A DNA stretch of 64,000 bases from Capsulimonadaceae bacterium. Its GTDB lineage: Bacteria > Armatimonadota > Armatimonadia > Armatimonadales > Capsulimonadaceae. Below, in pieces: positions 21,522-30,575 of the stretch. Numbering within the stretch: the first letter of the stretch is position 1; each line of letters begins with the position of its first letter. Under the pieces are notes generated by a model. The model searched no databases, was not told where the DNA came from, and worked only from the letters and a program-made list of their open reading frames with translations. Position numbers and translations under genes: made by a program. The stretch spans positions 1,952,001-2,016,000 of the forward strand of contig OZ244065.1 in the NCBI GenBank assembly GCA_965215505.1. Reading direction: 5' to 3'.

Positions 21522-22637
21522 ATGAAAATCGGAGTCGTCCGGGAGATCAAGAACAACGAGAACCGCGTGGCGGCCGTGCCGTCCGGCGTGGAGACTCTGA
21601 CGCGGGCCGGGCACCGGGTCTTCGTCGAGACACACGCGGGCATGGGGACCAGCCTGCCGGACGCGGCCTACGAGGCCGCCGGGGCGACGGTCGTCGCCCG
21701 CGCCGCCGACGTTTGGGGCGAGTCGGACATCGTCTGCAAGGTCAAGGAGCCGCAGGCGGAAGAGTACCCGCACATCCGGGCCGACCAGACCGTGTTCACC
21801 TACTTCCACTTCGCCGCCTCGCGCGGCCTGTCCGAAGGCATGCGGGACACGCAGGCCACCTGCATCGCCTATGAGACGGTGGAAGCGCCCGACCGGACTT
21901 TGCCCCTGCTGACGCCGATGTCCGAGATCGCGGGCAAGATGGCGATGCAGGAGGCGGCCAAGTATCTGGAGAAGCCACAGGGCGGGCGCGGCATCATGCT
22001 CGGCGGCATCCCCGGCGTGCCGGCCGCCCATGTCGTCATTTTAGGCGGGGGGGTGGTCGGCATCAACGCCGCCAAGATCGCGGCGGGCATGGGGGCGAAG
22101 GTCACCATCATGGACGTCAACCTGGAGCGCCTGCGCTACCTCGACGACGTGCTGCCCGCGAACGTCACGACGTATTTTTCCAATCCGCTCCACATCCGCG
22201 AGATCCTGCCGAGCGCGGACGTCGTGATCGGGGCGGTCCTCATCAAAGGCGCGCGCGCGCCTATCCTGGTGTCCCAGGCCGACCTGAAGCGGATGAAGCC
22301 CGGCTCGGTGATCGTGGATGTGGCCGTGGACCAGGGCGGCTGCATCGAGACGATGCACCCGACCACCCACGCTGTCCCGGTCTTCACGGTGGACGAGGTC
22401 ATCCACTACGGCGTCGCCAACATCCCCGGCGCGGTCCCGGCGACCTCCACCTACGGCCTGACCAATGCCACCTTCCCGTACCTGCTGGCCATCGCGAACA
22501 AGGGGGTCAAGCAGGCATTGCGCGACGACGCCGGGCTGGCGAAGGGCCTGAACGTCGCCGGGGGCGTGTTCTTCCTGTCGGAAGTCTCTGACGAGTTCGG
22601 CCTGCCGCTGTCCATGGTCGCCGAGTGGCTGGCCTAA
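21522..22637 (+). CDS. ald: Alanine dehydrogenase
   Basis: EIKNNENRV, KVKEP, AYETV, LPLLTPMSEIAG, GGGVVG and DVAVDQGGC motifs. Confidence 0.95.
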   Translation: MKIGVVREIKNNENRVAAVPSGVETLTRAGHRVFVETHAGMGTSLPDAAYEAAGATVVARAADVWGESDIVCKVKEPQAEEYPHIRADQTVFTYFHFAASRGLSEGMRDTQATCIAYETVEAPDRTLPLLTPMSEIAGKMAMQEAAKYLEKPQGGRGIMLGGIPGVPAAHVVILGGGVVGINAAKIAAGMGAKVTIMDVNLERLRYLDDVLPANVTTYFSNPLHIREILPSADVVIGAVLIKGARAPILVSQADLKRMKPGSVIVDVAVDQGGCIETMHPTTHAVPVFTVDEVIHYGVANIPGAVPATSTYGLTNATFPYLLAIANKGVKQALRDDAGLAKGLNVAGGVFFLSEVSDEFGLPLSMVAEWLA

Positions 22638-22641
22638 ACCA

Positions 22642-24039
22642 ATGCGCCTCAAGCCCGTCCTCGCCGCCGTCGCCGCGCTGGTCGTCCTTGCCCTCATCAT
22701 ACGGCAGGTGACGCAGGCCGTCCACCGCACGTTTGGGGGTCGGCCCGGCATCGCGCGGCTGGCGCGGGCGACGCCCACCTACCAGAACGGGCTGACGCTG
22801 ATGGAGATCGTCAATGTCAGCCCGCAGCATCAATACAGTTTCTCGGACAAAGGCTCGGAAGACAACGGCGGCTCTTCCCCCTCCAGCGAAGCCGACACGG
22901 GTTTGTGGGTCAAACTGCCGCAAAGTGTCCAGATCCCGATGGGATGCTCGGGCGAGGACTACAGCCCCTGTCGGAACCAGATAACGGCCACGGCCCGTGC
23001 CTCCGATGGCCACGTCATACCTCTGCGCTGGCACACGTCCGCTTCCCGCAGCAGCGACGGCCCGACCTACATCCTCGCCTCCATCCCCGCCGGCTATCCT
23101 AGTGCGGTTCGCTGGGCTGATGTGACCTTAAACGATCACCACGGCGACAGCGCCACCTGGCGCATTCTGGACCTGCCGCCGATGCTGCACGTCCTGGCGA
23201 CGCCGGTCACTCCACAGGCAATGTTCCATCAAGCAAACATTTCGGTGACTGCGAGCGCTTACCGTGGGACTCAGTCGAGTTACAACCACACAAACCCGAT
23301 GATTCTGTTTGATCTGCATGGGACGATCACGGGTGCCTCAAACCATTGGGAAGCAGGGCATTTCACGGAGACGGATGAATGGGAACCGCCACGCTTCGCG
23401 CCGCAGGATGCGGGCTACACGCTGGGGATTAACAACACAGCCAACATAGACGGCAGCATCAAGCTGGAACTGACGCGGCTGCAAGCCGCGGGGGATCGGC
23501 CCGAGCCGTACATCGCCGACGACCACTGGGTCCGGCTGGGCGCGCAGATTCAGGAGTTCGAGACACACGACGAGACGGTGGCATTCCACAATGTTTCGGT
23601 CGTCACGGCATCCAACGGGGGGTTTTATATCGCCGCCTTGGGGCCGCAGACCGTCACGACGCCGAGCGGCATCAGCCTCACTCTGGTAGACGTTCAGCAC
23701 CAGCAGCGGTTGTCGCACGATTGGGGCGGCAGCGGATTCAGCCTGCTCATTCACTACCCGCAGGGGATCAAGTACCCGTCCCTGCCCCGATCCCCGCTCT
23801 GGCGCAGGCACAAAGGCATCATCAGCGTCTCCGTGGAGGTGCCGAAGCCTTACGACTCTTACGGCTCCAGCACCTATGACTCCAGCGCCGGCGGCCAGGA
23901 AGCCATCTACAGTTTCCACGCCAACAAGCCGCTGCCAAAGACTTTCGCCAGTTTCCCGGTCATCATCCGGCAACGGGTTGACCTGCGGGCGGTGCCCATG
24001 ACGTTCACATTGCCGGTGCTGGATAAGGAGCCAACCTAA
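22642..24039 (+). CDS. Hypothetical exported or membrane-anchored protein
   Basis: 465-aa ORF with an N-terminal hydrophobic segment and beta-rich body. Confidence 0.7.
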   Translation: MRLKPVLAAVAALVVLALIIRQVTQAVHRTFGGRPGIARLARATPTYQNGLTLMEIVNVSPQHQYSFSDKGSEDNGGSSPSSEADTGLWVKLPQSVQIPMGCSGEDYSPCRNQITATARASDGHVIPLRWHTSASRSSDGPTYILASIPAGYPSAVRWADVTLNDHHGDSATWRILDLPPMLHVLATPVTPQAMFHQANISVTASAYRGTQSSYNHTNPMILFDLHGTITGASNHWEAGHFTETDEWEPPRFAPQDAGYTLGINNTANIDGSIKLELTRLQAAGDRPEPYIADDHWVRLGAQIQEFETHDETVAFHNVSVVTASNGGFYIAALGPQTVTTPSGISLTLVDVQHQQRLSHDWGGSGFSLLIHYPQGIKYPSLPRSPLWRRHKGIISVSVEVPKPYDSYGSSTYDSSAGGQEAIYSFHANKPLPKTFASFPVIIRQRVDLRAVPMTFTLPVLDKEPT

Positions 24040-24063
24040 CCCCGGCGCGCGCCGGGGTTAGGT
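24034..24063. repeat. Perfect 30-bp palindrome between convergent genes
   Basis: ACCTAACCCCGGCGCGCGCCGGGGTTAGGT; shares CCCCGGCGC with the repeats at 18867 and 31493. Confidence 0.8.
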
Positions 24064-24065
24064 CC

Positions 24066-25031
24066 CTACAGCCCCCGCGTCGGCGCGGGCGCGCTGCTCC
24101 CCTGGCCGTCGCTTCCCTGGTCCCGGTGCAGCACGTCTACCCGGTCGGCTTTGAAGTCGGGGCCGTCGAAGCTGCCGGTGACGCGCACGTCGTCGCCGCC
24201 GCGCAGGTCGTGGACGGAGATCGCCTGGCCCTCCCGGCGGACCAGCAGGCCGCGCTGGACCTTGACCTTGATCTCACGGGCGTCGGCCAAGCGTATCTTG
24301 ATGTCGCGGCTGAGGAACCGGCTGCTGACGGACGTGATCCGCCCGAACAGCACACGGTCGGGAATGGGAACGGCGGCGGGGAGTGTGACCGTCTTGCTCA
24401 GGCTGACCGCGCCCGCCAGGACGCCGCCGTCCGGCTGCAAGCGGCCCGCCACGGTGACACGGTCGCCGGGCTTCACCGGGAAGCGGTTAGGGTCACGCAG
24501 GGCCATCCCGGAGAGGTCGGTGGCTCCTGCCAAATAGATGGTGCGCGTGTGGTTCGCCACGCGCACCACGAACGCCCCGCGCCGCGTGTCAATCGTCTCT
24601 ACAGTGCCACGCAGCTCGATGGCTTCCCCGGCTGCCGCCGCCGCATCCGGTCCCGACGGGACGACCGGCCCGCGCGGGCGGATTGGCGCAGTCTGGGCCG
24701 GTTTTAGGACTTGTAGCTGCGTGACTTCCACCAGCCCGGATGAGACCTGCCGGCCGGTGACGTGAACGCGCATTCCCGGCGAAAGTGTTCCACCCTGGCT
24801 GCCGTCCGGCAGCGTGATGTCCGCCTGCGAGGTGTCAAGCAGGCAAGGCTGCCCGTTGTCACGGTTGACGATCAGCCGGTCGTGGGTGCTGTCCACATGC
24901 GCGACCACGCCGTCGGTCACGAACGGGCGCGACCCGAAAGGTGCCCCGGTCACCTGCGCGGCGCACGGCGCGGATGGGCTGCCGCCCAGACCTACGGCCA
25001 GCAGCGCGAAGCAGAGGAGATGAGTTCGCAT
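24066..25031 (-). CDS. Secreted protein with three DUF5666-like OB-fold repeats
   Basis: Signal peptide; repeated G.V..V/ID...G.RV.V.G...A..V units. Confidence 0.7.
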   Translation of the reverse strand: MRTHLLCFALLAVGLGGSPSAPCAAQVTGAPFGSRPFVTDGVVAHVDSTHDRLIVNRDNGQPCLLDTSQADITLPDGSQGGTLSPGMRVHVTGRQVSSGLVEVTQLQVLKPAQTAPIRPRGPVVPSGPDAAAAAGEAIELRGTVETIDTRRGAFVVRVANHTRTIYLAGATDLSGMALRDPNRFPVKPGDRVTVAGRLQPDGGVLAGAVSLSKTVTLPAAVPIPDRVLFGRITSVSSRFLSRDIKIRLADAREIKVKVQRGLLVRREGQAISVHDLRGGDDVRVTGSFDGPDFKADRVDVLHRDQGSDGQGSSAPAPTRGL

Positions 25032-25040
25032 GGCTTCTTC

Positions 25041-25769
25041 CTATGAGGCCGCCGTCTCCGCGTTGATGCTGCGGGCGGCCTGAGCGGGGTCGGGGGCGGC
25101 GGTGATGGGGCGTCCCACGACGATATAATCCGCCCCGGCCCGGACCGCCTCGCCGGGCGTCATGACGCGCTTCTGGTCGCCCGCGTCGGCCCCGGCGGGG
25201 CGGACGCCGGGGATGACCAGCAGGAAGTCCGGCCCGCAGGCGGCGCGGATCGCGCCGATCTCGTGGGGGGAGGCGACCAGCCCGTCACAGCCCGCGTCCT
25301 GGGCGAGCCGGGCCAGCGCGACCACCTGCTCGGAGAGCGGGCGCGTCACGCCAAGCTCCTCGCGCAGCGCCTCGGGGCTGAGGCTCGTCAGGACCGAAAC
25401 CGCGATGACCAGCGGCTTGACGACGTTGGCCTGCTCCGCACCCTCTGCCGCGCCCGACACGGCGGCTTTGAGCATGGCGCTCCCGCCGGAGGCATGGACG
25501 TTGAACATCCACACGCCGCGCCGGGCGGCGGCGCGCGAGGCCCCCGCGACAGTGTTAGGGATGTCGTGAAACTTGCAGTCGTAGAACAGCTTGACGTCCG
25601 GCCCCGCCAATGCCTTCAGGTCGTCGAACAGCCCAAAGCCCGCCGCATTGACCAGCTCCAGCCCGACTTTGAACCCCGCCACCTCGCCGCCGACTCGTTC
25701 GGCCAGGCGCAGGGCTTTGTCCGCCGTGTCCGTGTCCAGGGCGACCAGTGTTTTGCTTGCTGCATTCAT
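25041..25769 (-). CDS. pyrF: Orotidine-5'-phosphate decarboxylase
   Basis: VALD, FKVG, DCKFHDIPNTV, PGVRP, DQKRV and VVGRPIT motifs. Confidence 0.96.
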   Translation of the reverse strand: MNAASKTLVALDTDTADKALRLAERVGGEVAGFKVGLELVNAAGFGLFDDLKALAGPDVKLFYDCKFHDIPNTVAGASRAAARRGVWMFNVHASGGSAMLKAAVSGAAEGAEQANVVKPLVIAVSVLTSLSPEALREELGVTRPLSEQVVALARLAQDAGCDGLVASPHEIGAIRAACGPDFLLVIPGVRPAGADAGDQKRVMTPGEAVRAGADYIVVGRPITAAPDPAQAARSINAETAAS

Positions 25770-25844
25770 GGCGCTAGGTTCACCGGGGAGCCGCCCGGCT
25801 CCTGCCTATCAAGAAGCAAAAAAAGAAGGGCGGGGGAGGAAAAG

Positions 25845-25914
25845 GAGGGCGGGGGGACCCCGCCCCTACAGGTCCATGAAACGCATGGCGTAGGGGCGGG
25901 GTCCCCCCGCCCTC
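25845..25914. repeat. GTAG-type REP doublet
   Basis: GAGGGCGGGGGGACCCCGCCCCTAC...GTAGGGGCGGGGTCCCCCCGCCCTC, an exact inverted pair. Confidence 0.75.
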
Positions 25915-25951
25915 TTGATCCCCGGCATTCTACCGCCGGGTATATCATGTT

Positions 25952-26662
25952 CTAGTTCCGGCGCGAGGAGCCGCCGCCGGAGAGCGACAGCAGGATCTGC
26001 ACCAGGAACCAGAACAGGTTGATAAAGTCCAGGTACAGCGCGACCGTCGCGAGGACGTAGTCGTCCGGGCCGTAGCGGAACTTGATGTTCGAAAAGTCGT
26101 ACAGCGTGAAGCCGACGAAGATGGCCGCGCCGACGAACGCATACAGCAGGTTGACTCCGGGGCTGAAGGCGACGAAGAAGCGGACCAGTCCGACGACCAG
26201 CAGGCCGATCAGGGCGAAGACCAGGAACTTGCCGATGCCGCCGAAGTCCTTGCCGGAGATCCAGACGTAGGACCCCAGACCGGCCACAATCACGGCGGAC
26301 AGCAGGGCGGCCTCGCCGATTACGGCGGCACCGAACGGGTACCCGCGGGCGATGGACATCAGCAGCGGCCCCATCAGCAGGCCTTCCAGGACGCTGAGGC
26401 CATACAGCAGGCCGAGGCTGAGGCCGGGCTTGGTCCGGGTGAACGACAGGGCGATGACGCAGCCGATGGTGCCGATGGACAGCGGCAGGAACAGGGCTGG
26501 CGACAGGCCCGCGTTCCCCGCCCACCAGGCGGTCGCCGCCGTCACCAGCAGGGTCGTGCAGAGGAGGTACGAGACGCGCTGGATCAGCGAGTTCTGCCCC
26601 GCGACGGACTGCGCGCCTCCCGCGTAAGGGTTGTTATAGGGGCTGGACGAAAAGTTGTTCAT
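25952..26662 (-). CDS. Bax inhibitor-1/YccA family membrane protein
   Basis: About seven TMs; TLYDFSNI and LYLDFINLF motifs. Confidence 0.92.
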   Translation of the reverse strand: MNNFSSSPYNNPYAGGAQSVAGQNSLIQRVSYLLCTTLLVTAATAWWAGNAGLSPALFLPLSIGTIGCVIALSFTRTKPGLSLGLLYGLSVLEGLLMGPLLMSIARGYPFGAAVIGEAALLSAVIVAGLGSYVWISGKDFGGIGKFLVFALIGLLVVGLVRFFVAFSPGVNLLYAFVGAAIFVGFTLYDFSNIKFRYGPDDYVLATVALYLDFINLFWFLVQILLSLSGGGSSRRN

Positions 26663-26840
26663 TTTGTTGGATTCTCCAAAGGTGAGACGCACCACGACCG
26701 GACGCCATCACCTAACTCTATAACGTGTGCGGACACACGTTCGTTCCAAATCAAAATTTCCCGGCACCGGACCTATCCAAACGGCTTGCTCAGGTCTCTA
26801 TCAATCGGGAGCAACAAACGAGGTGCGAGAAGAGACGCGG

Positions 26841-27389
26841 ATGGGTTCGGCGGAGGACGGACAGTTGGTATGCTGGGCGCGGGGCGGATGCCGGGAGGCG
26901 TTCGACGAACTCGTGCGCCGCTACCGCCCCGGCGTATTCCTGATCGCCCGGCAGGCCGTGGGCGATGCATCACGGGCCGAGGACGTGGCGCAGGAGGCGC
27001 TGGTGACGGCATTCCATGCGCTGCCGACTCTGGCCGACCCGGCGCGCTTCGGGGCCTGGCTTGGGGCTATCACGCGCCACCGGGCGCGGCGGGTGGCGCG
27101 TCAGGAGAGCCGATTCCTTCCGCTGGAGCCGGCCCACCTGGACAGCCTACAGGCCCCCAAGCCTGCGGCCTCGGACGCGCTGACCGACGCCTTTGAGGCA
27201 CTCGGCGACGATTACCGGACCGTGCTGCGCCTGCGCTACTGGGAGGAATGGTCGGTCGGACAGATCGCCTCGTTCCTGTCGCTCCCCATCACCACCATCA
27301 AGTGGCGGCTGCATTACGGCCGCGAGGTCCTGCGCCGTCATTTGAGCCGACCGAGAGAGGAAGAAGACCATGGGGAACTCCCCGTTTGA
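26841..27389 (+). CDS. ECF RNA polymerase sigma factor
   Basis: AFDELVRRY, AEDVAQEA, FGAWL motifs and region 4 (LRYWEEWSVGQIA...TIKWRLHYGR). Confidence 0.9.
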   Translation: MGSAEDGQLVCWARGGCREAFDELVRRYRPGVFLIARQAVGDASRAEDVAQEALVTAFHALPTLADPARFGAWLGAITRHRARRVARQESRFLPLEPAHLDSLQAPKPAASDALTDAFEALGDDYRTVLRLRYWEEWSVGQIASFLSLPITTIKWRLHYGREVLRRHLSRPREEEDHGELPV

Positions 27390-27771
27390 CCAAGTCAATA
27401 TGAAGCAGGCCAAGCGCCTGCTGCGCGCCATGAGCGATCTGGCCCGCGAGTCCAGCCTGACCGGCAGCCTGGAAGACGGCTCGAAAGCGGCCGTCCGCCA
27501 GTATAACGGCCTGCTGGGCCACCTCAGCGAGAACGGGGCCGTCCCTAGGGGCTTGTTCACGCAGCTCGACGAGGACGAGGACAGCTTTGATGAGCTGGGC
27601 GTCGCCTGCATCCTGCTGAACGCCTACCTGGACGAAGACGACGCGCCGGCCCCCGTGCCGCCACCGCCGCCGAACATGGTCGTCCACACCACGGCCCAGG
27701 CGGACTCGGCGGAGCTGCGCGAACTGCGGGAGCTGCGCGACCTGCTGCGCGAGCGGGTGCCGATCCAGTGA
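27370..27771 (+). CDS. Hypothetical protein coupled to the ECF sigma factor
   Basis: Overlaps the ECF stop; GAGGAAG RBS; helical body with a C-terminal coiled coil. Confidence 0.75.
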   Translation: MGNSPFDQVNMKQAKRLLRAMSDLARESSLTGSLEDGSKAAVRQYNGLLGHLSENGAVPRGLFTQLDEDEDSFDELGVACILLNAYLDEDDAPAPVPPPPPNMVVHTTAQADSAELRELRELRDLLRERVPIQ

Positions 27772-27786
27772 CGACTGGCGCGAGTT

Positions 27787-27937
27787 AGGACGAGTGAATG
27801 AATTCACTCGCTCCGGTCGGATTTGTCCAAGGGACAAGCCGCAAGGGGAAGGACGAGCCGGGAGGGCAGAAAGCGAGGCGCTCTTCTGTCCCCTGGACAG
27901 GTCTGAAATCAGCGAGTGAATTCATTCACTCGTCCGA
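27787..27937. repeat. Inverted pair of CGAGTGAA..TTCACTCG palindromes enclosing a long hairpin
   Basis: GACGAGTGAATGAATTCACTCGCT ... AGCGAGTGAATTCATTCACTCGTC; inner TGTCCAAGGGACA/TGTCCCCTGGACA pairing. Confidence 0.7.
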
Positions 27938-27998
27938 ATCGTGCGGCTCGTTCCGGTTCATTTGAGGCAGCCGCTGTGTGCCATCAGTCAGTGACGCG

Positions 27999-28027
27999 AG
28001 GGCGGCCCGAGAGGGCCGCCCTTTTTC
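27999..28027 (+). terminator. Intrinsic terminator
   Basis: AGGGCGGCCC-GAGA-GGGCCGCCCT followed by a T run. Confidence 0.8.
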
Positions 28028-28056
28028 TTGCCCCCAGCTCCCCGACGTGCTATAAT
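28028..28056 (+). promoter_or_regulatory. Sigma70 promoter
   Basis: TTGCCC-17 nt-TATAAT with an extended TGn; AGGAG RBS downstream. Confidence 0.65.
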
Positions 28057-28072
28057 GGGGCAGGAGAAACTT

Positions 28073-28507
28073 ATGCCCGAACGTACAAACTGGCTGCTGG
28101 TGTCATCGGCGGACAACTTCGAGACTTCACGGGCGCGCGGCTTCGACATCGCGGGCATGAAGAGTCGGCACCGCCGGAAGGCGGAGCGGGTGGCGGCGGG
28201 CGACCGGGTGCTGTATTACTGCACCGTGGTCAAGTCCATCGGCGGCGTGGCCGAGGTGACGGGGCCATATTTCGAGGACCATGCCCCGGTCTGGGAGAGC
28301 AACCGGCCCGGCGAAGTGTACCCTTACCGGTTCCCGGTCCGCATCGTCAAGGCGCGGCCCGCCGGTGATTATCTGCCGCTGGACGGGCTGGTCCACTCCT
28401 TAGAGTACCCCAAGCGGTGGCCCGCCGCGAACTGGACACTGGCGTTCCAGGGCAACGTCCATGTCCTGAGCGACGCCGACTATGACAAGATCGTGGGGCA
28501 GCTCTAG
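28073..28507 (+). CDS. EVE domain (PUA-like) protein
   Basis: NWLLVSSADNF, GDRVLYY, GGVAEVTG, YPYRFPV motifs. Confidence 0.8.
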   Translation: MPERTNWLLVSSADNFETSRARGFDIAGMKSRHRRKAERVAAGDRVLYYCTVVKSIGGVAEVTGPYFEDHAPVWESNRPGEVYPYRFPVRIVKARPAGDYLPLDGLVHSLEYPKRWPAANWTLAFQGNVHVLSDADYDKIVGQL

Positions 28508-28509
28508 CC

Positions 28510-28848
28510 ATGTCTCAGGCCCCGCGCGTCCGCGTCCATTTCCTGATCTGCACCAACAAGCGCGCCGACGGCCACCCGCTGCCCTCCTGCGGGGCGCGCG
28601 GCAGTGCCGGGGTGTTCGAGGCGTTCACACAGGGGTTGGCGTGGCGCGGCTTCCCTGTGGGTGTCAAGGCGACGGCGGCGGGCTGCCTGACCCCATGCCA
28701 GGAGGGGCCGAACGTCGTGGTCTACCCGGAAGGCGTCTGGTATGCCGGGGTGACGCCCGCCGACGTCCCCGCGCTGCTGGCGGCGCATCTGGACGGCGTT
28801 GGAAATGTTGACCGGCTCCTGCTGCCTGCGGAGGTGCGCGTGTCATGA
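28510..28848 (+). CDS. Thioredoxin-like [2Fe-2S] ferredoxin
   Basis: ICTNKR...SC...GCLTPCQEGPNVVVYPEGVWY. Confidence 0.9.
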   Translation: MSQAPRVRVHFLICTNKRADGHPLPSCGARGSAGVFEAFTQGLAWRGFPVGVKATAAGCLTPCQEGPNVVVYPEGVWYAGVTPADVPALLAAHLDGVGNVDRLLLPAEVRVS

Positions 28849-30179
28849 CGGTCACGACGGAGACGCCGACGCGCGGGCTGCTGGGGATGAACGGCTACCA
28901 GTGGACGGTCCTCCTGGCCGCCTGGCTCGGCTGGGGCTTCGACGTTTTCGACGGCCTGCTGTTCAACTACGTCGCCCCGAACTGCGTCCCCACCCTGCTG
29001 CACATCCCCCTCGGCACGTTGGCCGCGAAGCAGGCCTATCAGCTCTGGACGGGCCTGCTGGCCGCCCTGCTGCTGCTGACCTGGGCGGCGGGCGGCATCA
29101 TTTTTGGGCGGGTCGCCGACCGCATCGGCCGGACGAAGACCCTCCTGCTGACGATGCTGCTGTATGCCTCGGGGACGGCTTGTTGTGCTTTAGCGCCGAA
29201 CATGGCCGCGCTGATCGCCTTCCGCATCATCGCGGGCCTGGGCATCGGGGGCGAGTGGGCGGCGGGTGCGTCCATGGTCGCCGAAGTCGTCCCCGAGAAG
29301 CGGCGCGTCGAGGCGGGCGCTTTGCTCTACACCTCGGCCCCGTTCGGCCTGTTCCTGGCGACCTTCGCGAACCACCAGATCGCCGGGGTCTGGTTCAAAA
29401 ATGCGCCCGAAGTCTCCTGGCGCTACGTCTTCGCCTGCGGCCTGTTCGCGGCCCTGGTCGCGTTCGTGGTGCGCGCCTTCGTCCGCGAGCCGGAGCGCTG
29501 GCGTCGGGCTGCCGCTGCCTCCGCCCCGCCCCGGCTCCGCGAGCTGTTCACGGCGGACAACCGCGCCCTGACCCTCAGCGGGCTGCTTCCCGCCCTGGTC
29601 ACACTGCTGACGTGGTGGAGTTGCAGCACCTTCATCCCCGGTTTCGCCACGGGGCTGGCCCAAGCCGCCGCGACGGGGGAACACCTGGCGAAAGCGGCGA
29701 CTCAGGCCCGCATCGAGGACTGGAAGGCGCTCGCCACCTATAGCTTCAACTGGGGCGGGCTGCTGGGAACCCTGCTGACCATCCCCGCCGCCAAGTTTCT
29801 GGGCCGCCGGACGATGTTCGGCGTCTACTTCGTCCTGTCCGCCGCCGCCCTGTTCGCGACCTTCGGCCTAGACCTGCCCCCGCAGACCCGCCTCTCCCTC
29901 TACTTCTTCATCGGGCTGACCGTCTTCGGCGTCCTGGGCAGCTTCACCTTCTACCTGCCGGAACTGTTCCCCACCCGCCTGCGCGCGACCGGCGCGGGCT
30001 TCTGCTACAATTTCGGCCGCATCGTCACCGCCGCCGGGCCGTTCATCGTCGGCACGGTCGCCGCGCACGGGACATACAGCATCCAGCACACCTTGTTCTG
30101 GATCGGCGTCGTGCCGCTTGTGGGGCTGCTGTTCCTGCCGCTCATCATCGAGACGAAGGGGCGGACGCTGAGGGATTAG
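28845..30179 (+). CDS. MFS transporter
   Basis: GWGFDVFD, GRVADRIGR, GLGIGGEW and ELFPTRLRATG motifs; about 12 TMs. Confidence 0.92.
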   Translation: MTVTTETPTRGLLGMNGYQWTVLLAAWLGWGFDVFDGLLFNYVAPNCVPTLLHIPLGTLAAKQAYQLWTGLLAALLLLTWAAGGIIFGRVADRIGRTKTLLLTMLLYASGTACCALAPNMAALIAFRIIAGLGIGGEWAAGASMVAEVVPEKRRVEAGALLYTSAPFGLFLATFANHQIAGVWFKNAPEVSWRYVFACGLFAALVAFVVRAFVREPERWRRAAAASAPPRLRELFTADNRALTLSGLLPALVTLLTWWSCSTFIPGFATGLAQAAATGEHLAKAATQARIEDWKALATYSFNWGGLLGTLLTIPAAKFLGRRTMFGVYFVLSAAALFATFGLDLPPQTRLSLYFFIGLTVFGVLGSFTFYLPELFPTRLRATGAGFCYNFGRIVTAAGPFIVGTVAAHGTYSIQHTLFWIGVVPLVGLLFLPLIIETKGRTLRD

Positions 30180-30187
30180 GAGACACC

Positions 30188-30562
30188 ATGACGACACCGA
30201 CAAAAGCCGAAGTCAAAGAGTTTGTGGAGGCCGCGCACGGCGACCTGCCCAAGCTCCAGCGGATGCTGGCGGAGAAGCCGGACCTGCTCTTGATGCCGAA
30301 CGGAAACGAGACCGCGCTGGGCGCGGCCTGCCAGATGCGCCGCCCGGACGTCATCGAGTTCCTGCTGGGACAGGGGGAGACGCTAGACATCGCGGCAGCC
30401 TGCGTGCTGGGGCTTACCGATCGGGTAACGGCCTTTCTGGATGCCGACCCGGCCCTGCTCAACAAGGGCAACAAGAAGGCGCACAACAAGCACCCTTTGT
30501 ATTTTGCCGAGGGCCAGCCGGAAGTGACGGAGTTGCTGAAAGCGCGTGGGGCCAAGGGGTGA
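30188..30562 (+). CDS. Small ankyrin-repeat protein
   Basis: ETALGAA, HPLYFA and ELLKARGA ankyrin-like motifs. Confidence 0.75.
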   Translation: MTTPTKAEVKEFVEAAHGDLPKLQRMLAEKPDLLLMPNGNETALGAACQMRRPDVIEFLLGQGETLDIAAACVLGLTDRVTAFLDADPALLNKGNKKAHNKHPLYFAEGQPEVTELLKARGAKG

Positions 30563-30575
30563 AAGGACAGGAAGA

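Noticed and set aside
27770-27900. Possible ZTP (pfl) riboswitch, suggested by GACTGGCG
   Set aside because: The GGUGG/CCACCGGGGAGC core and CGCCUGGGC end are absent and downstream genes are not purine or folate related.
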